From the NCBI GenBank assembly GCA_965637545.1, contig OZ281495.1, positions 25,048,001 to 25,112,000 on the forward strand: a stretch of DNA of 64,000 nucleotides, given 5' to 3'. The number at the start of each line of letters is the position of its first letter. The first letter of the stretch is position 1. Origin of the DNA: Phallusia mammillata. Lineage: Eukaryota. The translations under genes and the position numbers were made by a program. Under the pieces are notes generated by a model. The model was not told where the DNA came from and did no database searches. It saw only the letters and a program-made list of their open reading frames with translations. This document shows, piece after piece, positions 12,101 to 25,390 of the stretch.

Positions 12101-13534
12101 ACTTACGCCACCTAGAGACAAGCCTTTTACAAAGTGGTGGCGTGAATAAGCTAACATACATAATGTCCGATGGCGGAAAAGAAAGACGTCATACAAAAAC
12201 GCTAAACAAAACTTTTTACCGCGAACGCACACTCAGCAGCTTGACGTAAAGTTTGGCAAAAAGTGTCCTTTTGCAGTTGTAACAGAATTATAATTGCTCG
12301 TTAATGGCTGCATTAGATACAGATAATTCTGTATTTTACATTATGCTGGAGAATTTCGCCCGCTTTGGAAGCTATAGTTTACATTGTACGGGTCTTCAAA
12401 TTTGCATTGATATAGCCTACGAAGCTGTTACAACGAAAATGTCATCAAAGCTTGGGCATGAACTTAACCACTAAAGTCTAACCATGATCAGCGACAACAA
12501 ATAATCGTTCCTATGGGACCGTTTACTGCCATCACCTTTCGAATCAAAACCGGAGACGGTGCATTCTAAAAAGACGATAATGTTTTGTTATCAAAATACA
12601 GTGCGAACACGTCCACGTTGAAATTTGTTTATTTCGGAAGCTGTATAATGTTGGGTAACTGCAAAACTTTTACGGCGTATTTGAGTTGAGTCGAGTTTAT
12701 TTCGCTCGGTGAAAGGAAACATAGCCCCCGAATGGCACTAAAAACAATCGCCAAGCGGGAAATAGCTGCGCAACGTCAAAACTCTATGGAGCACGAAAGG
12801 CACAATTGGTGGATAATCCCAAAACGAGCTGCAGCTACACCGTATTTTAAAGCGATATGTGACTGCGGGTCACAAGAAAGAGAGATTGGCGCAGTGATGG
12901 TAAAGTAAACGCTACTGGAGAGGGTGGGATAAGTTGAGGGGGCTCAAAAAAACTATAAGCCTAAGTTCGCTCTCTTTGATTAGCAACATCGTTTTCTGAT
13001 TCACAAAACGGTCGTAATCTTCTGAGACACAACAAGTTAGTTGATGGGGAGTTTTTAAGTGGGCCATCTAATTTAGGCTCTGTCTGACGTACAGCGTCAC
13101 ATCATCATATATCCGGTTACGTGATTGTACTAGGTCTGCAAGGCGTTCGAGGTACCAGACGGCAAAATTTTGGTTGGGGTTGGAAAGAGGTAATATCGCG
13201 CATGAGCTGGTTTTTTTGCAAACTTGCCGCTAGTCAGCACTGTAAATAGACGTGAACACGTAGAAATAAGGTGCAATTAAATATAGTTGAGCTGTTTTAA
13301 GGTAAGGCGGTAGTTTAAATTGGAAGACGTTTGGTTTTAAAAAATGTAGCTCAGAAAAGACAAACTATTGCTCAAGTAGTAACTTGCCTTAATGCTTAAA
13401 ACTTAGCTGAAACAATTGACTACAGTGTACACTTTTTTGGTTTAATTTAATTTTTTTTTGTTTATTTTTAGATTTCATTTTGTAAAATTGAAACCAACAT
13501 ACCTTTTTTTGGATTCAAGCGACTGAGAGTTAAA

Positions 13535-15893
13535 ATGAATTCAACTAATTCTTCTGTCGGGATTCAAAATGCAACAACAACAACCCCATTTTTTCCGTCC
13601 GCAACTAACCGAATCCAAAGTTTTGTCATAGCCTTCGTATCAACAGCTCCTACACCTGAATTCTTTCCCATCTCCTTTGAACCCATCATTGTTAACGAGC
13701 CTATTGGACTTCCTGCATTACAGCTAGTAACTTCAACAACAGCCGTGCAAAACATTACCCAACCTTTGTCACCGCCACCACCACCACCACTACCACCACC
13801 ACCTACAGCAGGATTTATCTTTAACTTTGTAGTGCCACCAAGCCCCACCACCTCGATGTCCAGAAGTTCAAGTGTCAACACAACCGAAGGGAATATTTTC
13901 CCGTCAAACAACGCCACGTCGGCTTTCGGAGGTTTTGGTAATGAATTTCCAATAAACTTTTCGACACCTGATATTGCGGCGTTCTTACCCAACTTTTTGA
14001 TACCGAACAACACAATGACAATACTGAACAACACAATGACAGCGGAAAATGTAACCAACTCTACTGCAGTCGTGGTCGACCGAGCTCTGTTCGGCTTCCC
14101 AGCGTTTTGTTCAAGCTCAGCACCAAAGGACTGTTTTGACGTCCCGCTTAACCAGTGTTCAGCGTGTAATATGGCCAGTGCCGGTTTCTTTGCATTTATA
14201 ATTGCTCTTTTGGCACTTGCGATTATCTCTAGCAACTTGCTGGTGATGTACCTCTTTGCAAAAGACAAGTCGACGTTTACAGGAAGTTATGGAAGGATCA
14301 AAGCCTCGTTAGCGTTTACGGATATGCTTACGGGTAGGCTATTAATTACTACGTACAAAACCATTTAATATAGATTATCGCAAATTTTTACTACAAGTAT
14401 TTAAAATCGTGAGCGATGTTGTTTTCTGTAGCAGCACAATTACATTTGTTTAACATCGTTGAATTATATTTTCCAAGGTATTGTTTTACTTGCTGTTACT
14501 CTTCCCAACTTCTCATGGACGATCGCATCCACCGCCCAACAAGTCCTCCTCAACGCGATCGCACTCCAAGGATCACCCCAGGCTTCTGCTGGAGGAGTAC
14601 TTTACATCCTCATCTATACCGCATCTCTATACCACCTGGTGTTTCTCGGACAGCAACGTTTGTACGCGATCAAATGGCCGATATCATACAAACAACAACC
14701 TCAATACAACGTCTATACCGGACTCGCAGTGGTTTGGGTTATTGCCCTTCTCTGCGCCGTTGCTCCACGTAAGTGTGTTCAATATATGGCAATTCAAATG
14801 TGTTACATTGAAAACATTGTATTTGCTTCTCTAGTTTGGTTTCCCGATGACCTCGTCTTTGGTTATCAGCATCTGACCTTTCTGTTTAACCTGACTCTGG
14901 CCAAACTCAGTGTGTCGCCCGATTTAAGCCCTCTGATCGCAATGGTCGTGGTGGTTTTTATTGTTCCATATCTTATCATGGTAAGTAATAAATTGCATGA
15001 GAACATTGTCAGGACGTCAGTATTTATCAAGCACGTTTATTTAGACTGTTCTCACGGTGGTAACGGGATTTTACGTGTCAGAACACATGACAAAGTCCAG
15101 CAAGATCAAGTCAACATCCGCTGCCAGAAACCGAGAAGTAATGGTGTTTGCCACCATGGCTGCCATGCAATTGGGATTTACCATAACGTTGGGTAAGTGT
15201 GAGCAACATTACGACTAAATCATTAACGAGGCTACATTAAGCAGACGTATTACTTATTAGGGAATCTTTTTTGTTTCAGTTCCTCTTGTTGTTGTTGTTG
15301 TCTTGAGTTATACAGGAAGTCTGAATACCACAAACATTGCTGCCCCATATGTTGTTTGCTTCTACCTCTCCATGACTAACAGGTAAGCGAACATGTCCTA
15401 AAAGGGTACACCGGATTTAACCTGTACTACAAAGTGGTGACTGACGGATGCTTGTTTACCATCAAATGCTAAAAATATGTTTCAAAAAAGAGCAACCGAC
15501 GATTGAAGTCAGTTTTAGTTTTTATTTCCAAAACTGAAATATTATTCTCGCCTAGTTAAAAGGCCCTTTCTTGCTCTACCATATTTAAATACAGCAGATA
15601 TTAAAAAAAGTTTGCATATAATTTATAAATAAGGCTTACGGTATTAATGGATAAGGTTTTAAAACAAATGTAACCATATGCATTCTTTTTGCAGCCTTGT
15701 AAACGTTCTGGTGTACAGCGTTGTGGACAAAAAGTTTCGAAAGTCGGTGCGACAACTCTTTATTTCATGTTGTCCCCAATTTGTGCGGGAACGAATGGAA
15801 TCAACAGCGGCAACTGGACACAAAACTCACAGCACCGCACCGTCGAGCAAAGCAAACTACAGCAAATCATCTTCGCACGTCGAAGCTGTGTAG
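13535..15893 (+). CDS. Orphan class A GPCR, copy 1 (mucin-like N-terminus)
   Basis: Approximate exons 13535-14333, 14479-14768, 14834-14980, 15045-15192, 15280-15382, 15694-15893. Seven hydrophobic segments with TM1 SN, TM2 SLAFTD, TM3 GQQRLYAI, TM4 W, TM5 VPY and TM7 NSLVNVLVY, followed by DKKFRK helix 8. Confidence 0.9.
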
Positions 15894-16238
15894 CTGGTTG
15901 CGACAAAAGTCAAATGAGAACCAAATTGAAAGTTTGCATTTCTGCGATAAAGTTGTTCCGGAAATATTACATTACAACTGTAAATGTTTTTGTATTAATG
16001 AAATGTATGTGAAGCATTGCACAACCGTTTTTGGTCGAACGCAAAATGACATGGCTAGAATTTACTAATGACGTCAACTCCAATGAGAAGTTGGCACGAG
16101 ACACACCACGGCTATTCTAAGTGAATTATAATATTAATGAAAATTTTGCCGAAGTTTTTACATAATGCCGCTAGTCAGAGGTATGACGTAACTTGTCAAC
16201 GTTTGGGCCAACCCAGTGCTTATGCTGTTGGTATAGGG

Positions 16239-16586
16239 CAGTGGTTCCCAACCTTTCGTGGACCATGGCCCCCTTAAAGTACCTTTTTGGCCTTGTGGCC
16301 CCCTTCAAGTTACCTTGCAGAACCTGTGGCCCCCTTAAAATGTAGATAGCAATTACGTGTTGGAATGGGGTGTTAATTTTGGCCCTAAACAGGTCTAATA
16401 GAGTAAATGAGCGTGATAAACCTCACTATAAACAAATAGAATGTGAAATAGTCGATTAAATTCGGAAATAAAGGTAAAGTGAAAATGACTTTTAGTGAGT
16501 GTTTCTTGTGAATCTACGCCCGTGGCCCCCCAGAACACAGCTCGTGGCTCCCCTGGGGGGCCATGGGCCCTGGTTGGGAACCACTG
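16239..16586. mobile_element. hAT (Charlie-like) MITE
   Basis: TIRs CAGTGGTTCCCAACC / GGTTGGGAACCACTG; perfect 8-bp TSD GTATAGGG. Confidence 0.92.
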
Positions 16587-17334
16587 GTATAGGGTGAAAT
16601 AATGGATGATTAGACCAGTCTTCAAATATACTGTACCTTAAAACTGGTGTGATATATTGCACAATAATTTATCAGCCACGTATTTTCACTTTCGCAGTCG
16701 GTTTTATGTAATTTTGCTGATTTGAAAAAAAAAATCGACGTTGAGGCAATGCAGACGGTTTTGATTTAACGAACCCCTAGTAATTTGTTATTTTGATGCA
16801 AATCTTTGGAAAATCCACTTCTATACATTGTGTTGGACGATGGTAATTTGCATTTAGTACCGAGTATATGGCAAAACCATGTGTGATCACAATAAAGGTC
16901 ACAACATGAGTTTAGCCATTCACTGTTTCTATATTCCCGGCAACTAATCTCATGTTTGCATCTGCTTGCTTTTGTCATGTAAAAAGTTAAACGCCTGCAT
17001 GTTGTTGTGATATGTTGTGACAGCTTTATAATAGGGTGTAGCTGCAGCCGGTTTGGTCATGATCCACCGACTGTGCCCTCCACTGTTTTGCGCTTCATAA
17101 AGTTTCAACGTTGCGAAGCTATTTCCGGCTTGGTGATTGTTCAGTGTCATTGTGTCGTTATGTTGTCGTTCACCAAGCGAAATAAACTCAACTCATCCAT
17201 ATTGGCAATCAGGACAAGATTTACCGGTATACAAAAATGTTAGATGTAGTGTTCAATAACGTTCTTGTTCAATCCATGCCAAGACATACGGTGGCCCACA
17301 AGTGCAATTCAACAACTTTTTGGCTGACATTAAT

Positions 17335-17470
17335 TTTTTTCAGTGCAAACATTTTTTTTTATGCAAACATTTTTTTTCAGTGCAAACATTTTTTTTTCAG
17401 TGCAAACATTTTTTTTTCGATGCAAACAATTTTTTTTCAGTGCAAACATTTTTTTTTCAGTGCCAAAAAA
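17335..17470 (+). repeat. ~20-bp minisatellite, left arm (~7 units)
   Basis: Repeated TTTTTTTCAGTGCAAACA. Confidence 0.9.
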
Positions 17471-18253
17471 TTTGTAGGTTCCATTACAGGGTGTGTCAAA
17501 ATTTTTCAAAATTGTGGAAACGTGATAAACCTGTACATTACACAGGCAATTGGTTGTAATCCCTGGCCACTAAACAATTCAGTACTTTCTACAGTTAATA
17601 AAAATTATAATAACAAGTATGTTGTGGATTTAAAGTTAAGATGGATTGTTTTTTTGCACTTATCCACATTTACATTCTGTCTGTAGCCTACTCTCTGCAC
17701 ACCATGCCAAAGACCAAAACGCTGGAGTTGTTTGTCTTAGCTGCACTGTAGGACATGTAAAATGTTGTGTTGTTTTACGGTGAAGCTTGCTAATAGGCTT
17801 CATTGTCAAGCAATATACATCACACTTCCTATTATTGTTTAGTTTAAAATAAAGGTCCAATACTTCTGCCCCACATCGAACTATTTTGCTTTATAATGCC
17901 AAAGTGAAGTATTTTGCTATTTTGCTTCATATTGTCAAAGTGAAGTAGGTAAACCGACACATATATTTAATTCAAGTCCCGAAAATTCAGATAAATTAAA
18001 ATCGATTTTATTTGTGCCCTATTAGAAAGTAGTCCTTTAGAAACCATTGCTGCATATGGCTTTATTGAGCCTTCTTCCTCCCGGTTACGCCTGAAACTGT
18101 ACTCCCGCTTCGCTCTCACAGCCAGCTTAGCCCGCCCCCAATCTGTCCATACTTAGCCCGTGTTAAATTTGTTAAGCCATTAGTTGACCTTGTTTAGCTC
18201 GCTAAGTCCAGACTTAACCAGCTTAGACTTAGCCCCTGTTCAATGAACTACGT

Positions 18254-19135
18254 CAGTGATTCTCAACCGGGGCCCTCTGGGCCACGCGTGTCGGTTCACT
18301 AGAAACATTCGCCAAGATACATTAAGTAATTTTTTTCTTCGTGGCGTAACCCCTTTCTTTCGTAATGCACAAAATTAAGGATATGTTACAAATGTCTTGA
18401 CTTTGGATTTATTACATGGATGTTCATTCGTATTTTTAAATTAATCGACAAATTGTCTCTCGGTCTTCGTGGCACATTGGGGCCACCAAGTACCATACCT
18501 ACTTGATTTGATGTGATTTTTCTTCAACAATAAACTTTAACGATTCTGGAACTAAAAAGTTGATTTGCCGTTACCTATTTTTAGGATTTGGCTTTTTACC
18601 TAATTTCATGGCCATAGCAATTTGTAAAACGTGAGCACTGTACTTGTTAAGGTACGCATGGCCATGGGCGCCGGCAGAAAATTTTGCAAGAGGGGGCAAA
18701 TTTTGGCTGATAATTTACCGCATCAAGAATTTGTTACATATGAAGCCATAAGTCGTGTACTTCACAATTGAGTTGCCTAAAAGTTAAAGCATTGAATGAT
18801 GTCACAAATCCCCGCGCTGCCACTTTAATTAGGTTTGCTGCTAAATATGTTAAATTGAGGTACACTGAAATTCCAAGAGGGGGCAAGTGCCCCCTCTTGC
18901 CCCTACGTGGCGGCGCCCATGCGCATGGCCCATGTCTTAATATTTATGCCGTTTGTCTCTTTTATAGAAATTTATTACTACCCCCATAAATCCTGGACTT
19001 TAATTTAAGTAAGTTTTTTATCTGCGTTTTTTTGTGTGCAGGGGTCACTGGGTCCTAAGGGGTTACTTATTGGGGGCACAGGTCCTTAAGGTTACTTGAA
19101 GGGGGGCACGATCTATGAAAGGTTGAGAACCACCG
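18254..19135. mobile_element. hAT-type MITE nested in the 2.4-kb element
   Basis: TIRs CAGTGATTCTCAACC / GGTTGAGAACCACCG. TSD degenerate. Confidence 0.7.
18663..18921. mobile_element. hAT-type MITE, innermost nested element
   Basis: TIRs CATGGGCGCCG / CGGCGCCCATG; perfect 8-bp TSD CGCATGGC. Confidence 0.9.
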
Positions 19136-19284
19136 CACTAAGCCATCGCTTAGCACACTTGGCCCGGACAAGGTCTGATTACATCCTAAGCTCCGACTGT
19201 AGGCTGCACAATGCCTACCATGTCATTTTGCAATTTTTGACACGCCGTGTAAGTCCTAGGTGATGAAGCCATAAATGTTTGCTC

Positions 19285-19692
19285 AAAAAAAGTTTGCAAC
19301 AAAAAAAAATTTTTGCACTGAAAAAAAAAAGTTTGTACTGAAAAATAAATGTTTGCACTGAAATAAAAATATTTGCACTGAAAAATAAATGTTTGCATCA
19401 AAAAATAAATGTTTGCATCGAAAAATAAATGTTTGCACTGAAATAAAAATGTTTGCACTGAAAAATAAATGTTTGCACTGAAAAATAAATGTTTGCACCG
19501 AAAAATAAATGTTTGCACTGAAAAATAAATGTTTGCACCGAAAAATAAATGTTTGCACTGAAATAAAAATGTTTGCACTGAAAAATAAATGTTTGCACTG
19601 AAAAATAAATGTTTGCACCGAAAAATAAATGTTTGCACTGAAAAATAAATGTTTGCACCGAAAAATAAATGTTTGCACTGAAAAATAAATGT
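19285..19692 (-). repeat. 20-bp minisatellite, right arm (~20 units) with 120-bp higher-order duplication
   Basis: Unit AAAAATAAATGTTTGCACTG. 19441-19560 is identical to 19561-19680, including the variant units. Confidence 0.95.
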
Positions 19693-20863
19693 ACGCCAAA
19701 AAAATGTTGAATTGCACTTGTGGGCCACCGTAAAGACAACACCTCTTTAAATAATTCTTTGTTGATAAAGCTCAGTTTAAAAGTGTATTTCTTGAACTGG
19801 TACTTTATATATAGCGTTTAGTCTACTCTACGCTAAAGAAGTTTTAAAATATCGAAATTTGTTTTCCCTGAATTCTGTCGGTTTTCATCCATTGATCCAT
19901 GGCCCGCTGGTTGGCCAGATAACAGCTTTCCCAAGCTCAGCGAAAACAAAAGAATCCTTATTTTGTTATTAGTATTGTTTGAATTCGCGAATAAGACACT
20001 TGTTAAATGGTGTTCAATAGCTTGTTTCCCATACTGAAGTGTACAGTGAAATACAGTTTAAAGCTTTGTATGTACATGTCACAATAAGCTTATAATTAAA
20101 TCAATCAAAATAAAGAAACCTTAACATGCTGACCAGATTCTGGCCAAAATAATTTTACAAACGTTTTCTGGGCTATAAAGGAAAAACAGGTGGAGAAACA
20201 GTTGCTTAAACCTTATATTGGTTAAAATACAAAAATCAAAATTAAACCAAAACGTTTGATTGATGCGTAGTGTACATCGTAATATCCTCATATATTTGGT
20301 TACGTGCAGAATTTATGGTTTGAGGGAAAACGTTTTTGGTGCAATCTATCTATAGTCCCCAGAGGCGTCAAAAATTGTAGGCAATATATAGGCTTTTGGA
20401 TTGTTTAAGTACTACCGTGATGGCCCGCACGAGTTGTACTCATTTATAAACGACCATTATGCCAGTACTGAGATGAATTGCGGATGTTTCGTAACAAGCT
20501 GCAGTCAATGGCAGTGTTAACCTTCCCAGGCATTGGTGAGTGCATTGCCTGAGGGTCGTGTTAAACGTTTGGCTACGTTGTGTTTAAAGGAAGTGTAAAC
20601 CGAAGAATAGTCAATTACTGAGCAAGATAGAACAGCCCAAACGATTTTAACTGTGTTGTCAACAAACTCACTGTTTATTTTCATGCCTTATCCAGTTACT
20701 ATGAGCATTAAACTTTGCCATTAAAAAATGCAAAGAATGTTTATTTTTTTGATTTATCAGGTTTTAACATTTCCTTGAAAAGTTTACAGTGGAATTTCTG
20801 ATTTGTTATCAAAGCTGTAACTGATATTGTTGTCTACTGCAACCTTCACCCACATAAGTTAAG

Positions 20864-23635
20864 ATGAATTCAACTGATTCTTCCGTCACGGTTCAAAATG
20901 CGACAAAAGTCGACAAGTTTTTCACGGACGAAATGACTGCTGAAGGTGACGTAAAGTTCATCCAACATTTTCAACCAGTAACTCCTGCATTTCCACAAAA
21001 CTTTCGTACAATGCCTATTGCTGGCACCGAGTCAGTTGTCGTTTCTGCCGCTCCCGTTGTACGACTAGTTTCCATGACAACGGTACAAAACAAGTTTTTG
21101 GGGGCCCTGGCTTCTATACCGCAACTTCCATCTGTGGAAGGGTTTACCGTCAACTTTACAAATCCCCACACTCCAGTGTCCTCAAATTCAAGTATGGAAA
21201 CGACCTCCGGAAGCGTCGAATTATCAAGTAAAGACACAACCGCTGCTGGGACATTTGAAACGGAGTTCGATTCGTTCATACCTAACTTCTTTTTTCTGCC
21301 AAACGGCACAATGAATGCAGCCGATATAGACAACTCTTCATCAACCGTGATCGATAGAGCTTTGTTCGGTTTTCCAGCTTTTTGTTCAAGCTCAGCACCA
21401 AAGGACTGTTTTGACGTTCCGCTCAACCAGTGCTCAGCGTGTAACATGGTCGGGGCTAGTTTCTTTGCATTTGTGATAGCGCTACTAGCGTTTGTCATCA
21501 TATTTAGCAACATGCTGGTTATGTATCTGTTGTCAAGAGACAAATCGACTTTTACAGGAAGTTATGGAAGAATCAAAGCGTCGTTAGCTTTTACGGATAT
21601 GCTTACGGGTAGGCTATTAACTATCATGTACATACTGATTTGAAAAGTAATATTTATTTTCATGGATTATTTTTCCAAGGTATTGTTTTACTTGCTGTTA
21701 CTCTTCCAAACTTCTCATGGACGATCACATCCACAGCCCAGCAAGTCCTCCTGAATGCAATCGCACTTCAAGGATCACCACAGGCTTCTGCTGGAGGAGT
21801 ACTATACATCATCATCTATACAGCATCTCTATACCATCTGGTGTTTCTCGGACAGCAACGTTTGTACGCGATCAAATGGCCAATATCATACAAACAACAA
21901 TCGGTCCATAACGTATACATAGGTCTTGCAATAGTTTGGATCGTTGCCCTTCTTTGTGCCGTTGCACCACGTAAGTTGTGTTTTTAAGTTTTCGGATTTG
22001 TGTTTTTAAGCCCTTAAGGCAATAGTTTTCAACCTGTTACGTATACTACTACATAGTGGTACGCCGGGGTTTTTGGATGGTACGCAGGCAACTTTATGTA
22101 AGTCTTCATGACAGAAAATTGCAAACCAACTGAACAGCCCTGGTTTTGGGTGCTTCGGGCATTCTTTTGAAATTGTAATCCTAGTAGTTTTATAAATATA
22201 CTAACCCAGTCTATCAGAACTGACCTATCTCTTAGTCTACCCATCAAAACAAGGTTTAGGTACGCAGCGATAAAAAGTCTTCAGGTGGTATCCGATCATT
22301 AAGAGGTTGAGAACCACTGCCTTACAGAAAAGTTTCTCAAAATGTTTCGTCTTATTTATGTCTTGGCAGCCTTCGAAGATAAAATTTACCCTAATCCTTA
22401 CAAAACAGTGCCAGAAAAAAAAAACTGTTACACAAACAAACGTGTAAACGAAAGACCTGGAGAAAAGAATAAGATGCCAAAATAATCTTCGTTGTTTTTG
22501 TTATCCTATAGTTTGGTTTCCCAATGACCTTGTCTTCGGTTATCAGCATCTGACCTTTCTGTTCAACCTGACGTTGGCCAAACTCAAGTCTTCACCTGAT
22601 TACGGTCCTTTGGTCGCGATGGTGGTGGTGGTTTTTATTATTCCGTTTCTTATCATGGTAAATTAACAAATAATACAGAAATTTTGTGTCAGAATGTAAG
22701 TCATTTTAAGTTTATTTTTCTTTTTAGACCATTCTTGCGGTGGTAACAGGCTTTTACGTGTCAGAACACATGACAAAGTCCAGCAAGATCCAATCAACAT
22801 CAACTGACAAAAACCAAGAAGTAATGGCGTTTGCCACCATGGCTGTTATGCAATTGGGATTTACAATAACCTTGGGTAAGTTTGGAAACTGTTTTGCCAT
22901 AGACCAGGGATGTCCAAAGTGCGGCCCGCGGGACAAATGCGGGCCCCAGTGGCTGTTGTTTCAAATTGTGTTACGTATTGACCGCCATAGTTTGGATTAC
23001 GTTTTTGGGTTGTGGCGAGTTATTTACCAGGGGAAAGAAAGTGTACATGGTGCTGACGCAACAAAATCCCACAATTTCCTTAAATCCGGTATATTTGTGT
23101 TCTAGTTCTAAAAAAACGTTGGCCAGCGGGAGTCTTTACCAGGTAAAAATTGGCCTCCATTAAAAAATGTTTGGACACCCCTGCCATAGACCAAGCACAG
23201 GGCTATTTTTAGCTTCCGTATAGCTAATAAGCAATGTTATTATTTATTCCAGTTCCTATGGTAGTGGTTGTTGTCTCCAGTTATACAGGAAGCTTGAATC
23301 CCAGCAACATTGCAATTCCATATGTTGTATGCTTCTATCTCTCTATGTCTAACAGGTATAGATGTTAGTATAAATTATGTACGAAAAATACATAAACTTT
23401 TAATATAAACATGAAAAATTATTTTCTAATGATAAACATTTTTGGCAGCTTGGTAAACGTTCTGGTGTACAGCGTTATGGACAAGAGGTTTCGAAAAGCA
23501 GTAATGGAACTTTTCTGTTCACACTGCACTAACAATTTAAGCGTAAAAAGAGAATCAACATCGGGACACAAAACTCCGAAAAGCATAGAGCCATCGAGGA
23601 AAGCAAACTTCAACAAATCGTCATCGCATGTCTAA
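20864..23635 (+). CDS. Orphan class A GPCR, copy 2 (mucin-like N-terminus)
   Basis: Same 6-exon structure (approx. 20864-21608, 21680-21970, 22512-22657, 22728-22875, 23253-23355, 23449-23635). Closest paralog of copy 1. Confidence 0.9.
22020..22319. mobile_element. hAT-type MITE in intron 2 of GPCR copy 2
   Basis: TIRs CAATAGTTTTCAACC / GGTTGAGAACCACTG; TSD CCTTAAGG / CCTTACAG. Confidence 0.75.
22905..23183. mobile_element. hAT-type MITE in intron 4 of GPCR copy 2
   Basis: TIRs CAGGGATGTCCAAA / TTTGGACACCCCTG; perfect TSD CCATAGAC. Confidence 0.9.
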
Positions 23636-23852
23636 ACTGTGCGGCTGGTCGTAAACACAATACAACTAAAAAAACAAACTTTATATGTTTGCCACTAATG
23701 TATGTCGATGTTTATGAATTGTAAATGTGTTCATAAAAATGAGATACTGTATTCAAATATTTGTGGTCCATTGGCATGTTTCTCGTTTTACACGTTAACG
23801 TGTAACAATTGTTGCGCGCATGGAGTTTATGTCATGAAAATTAAGTTATAAT

Positions 23853-24568
23853 TAGGGCAATTATTTTTTGACCTAAAAAACGAAAAATTTTGACCTACAA
23901 ATTAAAAATTTTGACAAATTTTGACCTTAAAAAACTTTTTTTTGACAAAATTTTGACCTATGAAAAATTCAAGTAGTTAAATTACACATTATTGTACAAA
24001 AAGTTGAAATATGGCTGTAGGCTACTCTGTAGAGCAAATGTCTAACAGAAGGGCAAAAATCTGAACACAGACCTAGCCTGTTCTGAAAAGGGAAATGAGC
24101 TAATTAAAAATCACTGCCAAAAAACTGCAGCTAAGACACAACGAAAATTATTCAATACAGTTGTCTAAACGAAAGATACATGAAATACCTAAAGCAAAAC
24201 CGAAGCAAGAGCTGCACCTAACCTGCAGCTGCCGTAAAATGACTTGGGACCTACCAAAATTTTGCACATTTTGAGATGTGTTGCGCATCATGCCATATCA
24301 ACCTAATTATTTCACTCACTTTATGGTTTATGATTCACAATAAGTAGGCAATGGGCCAGTTACAACAGTATAAAGTAGGCTACAAGGTGTAAAATGAACA
24401 GTTCACTGACAGTGCAACCTCTACAATACCACGACAATGCAGTTTGTAAACAATTTTAACTTTGTAAAAAATTTTGACTTTGTGAACAATTTTGACAATT
24501 TTTGACCTATTCCAACAATTTTGACAAAATTTTGACTTTTTTTGACAAGTAAAAAAATATTGTCCCTA
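23853..24568. mobile_element. hAT-type non-autonomous element with TAGGG termini
   Basis: TAGGGCAATTATTTTTT ... AAAAAAATATTGTCCCTA; perfect TSD GTTATAAT; subterminal TTTTGAC repeat arrays at both ends. Confidence 0.88.
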
Positions 24569-25109
24569 GTTATAATTGATTGCGGCGCAACGTAAATCGC
24601 TATGCGAGTTCAAAATAGAACAGTGTTAAGTGTTGCAAAATTAAAAAAAATACCAAACGTTTCAGAGGGTATTACGCAACTTGTTCACGTCTGGGTGACC
24701 TCGATGTCTTTGCGGTTTATTTTGCTGACGTACATGGGTCATAAAATTAGATCAGCTAAAATGACTCTACTATAAAAGTAGACAATAACTTTCCGAATCT
24801 GTAGTCGATTTTAATAATGTTTGTTGTTTAAAAGTATTAAAACCATCATTAAATCCTGATTTATTCTTTTGTATCGGGTTGTTAAGGTGGAGGCAGATTT
24901 GTATTTAGTGTAAAGCTCAGTTGTTAAAAACAAAAGAAACATGATAACCACGCGAAGTATGATATTATCTGAGCAGTGTTGTTGCAGTTGGCGATTAATT
25001 ACATTGATGCTTCCGGCCCGCTTGTCGAGTAAAACATTTTTGCTGTGATGAATAGGAAAGGAAGAAGGGCATCTAAATACTAGCTTCCCAGGCATCTGAG
25101 AAGAGAACA

Positions 25110-25390
25110 AAAAGCATACAGGCATGCTACAAGGGCGACGGTTTGACAGATATTTCAGTAGATAAGGGCTATCTGGTCTCGTTACACCTCCTGAGGTTCA
25201 AATTCTTTGGTTTCTATCTTTTACCAATTTAAATCATAGTACGCCATGCCCATTAAAGGCGCCATACCGAATCAGCCGGTCACTAAGCATTTCCACGTGA
25301 CAAATCGTAGGCTAGAAAATCTACCCTGTGGTGGGATTGGAACCCACTACAGGAGTCTTTTCGTAACTCTTTTAACTGAGCTACACAGGG
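25110..25390 (-). mobile_element. tRNA-derived SINE
   Basis: Minus-strand head CCCTGTG-TAGCTCAGTT...GTGGGTTCCAATCCCAC-CACAGGG (25390-25324) shows an A-box, B-box/T-arm and acceptor stem but no valid anticodon arm. 3' extent uncertain. Confidence 0.55.

Larger units (their letters stand above)
17289..19730. mobile_element. 2.4-kb non-autonomous DNA element with long minisatellite-containing TIRs, flanked by TA
   Basis: Both ends read TA-CGGTGGCCCACAAGTGCAATTCAACA in inverted orientation. Each is followed by arrays of a ~20-bp TTTTTCAGTGCAAACA unit. Confidence 0.85.

Noticed and set aside
14075-14105. R|ALFGF as a protease-activated tethered ligand
   Set aside because: Not positionally conserved in copies 3-6; no supporting evidence.
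13564-14268. Long antisense ORFs over GPCR exon 1 (also 20971-21543, 27037-27384) and over SALL (47798-48313)
   Set aside because: Shadow ORFs of the coding strand with no independent features.
16740-18000. Possible decayed transposase coding sequence
   Set aside because: Only short broken frames with no recognisable catalytic motifs.
17335-19692. CRISPR-like regular repeats
   Set aside because: Head-to-tail units with no unique spacers, in a eukaryotic context.
19186-19742. Three overlapping ORFs up to 180 aa (also 17237-17686)
   Set aside because: Artefacts of a stop-free 20-bp minisatellite.
25324-25390. tRNA gene
   Set aside because: No proper D-arm or anticodon arm; better read as a SINE head.
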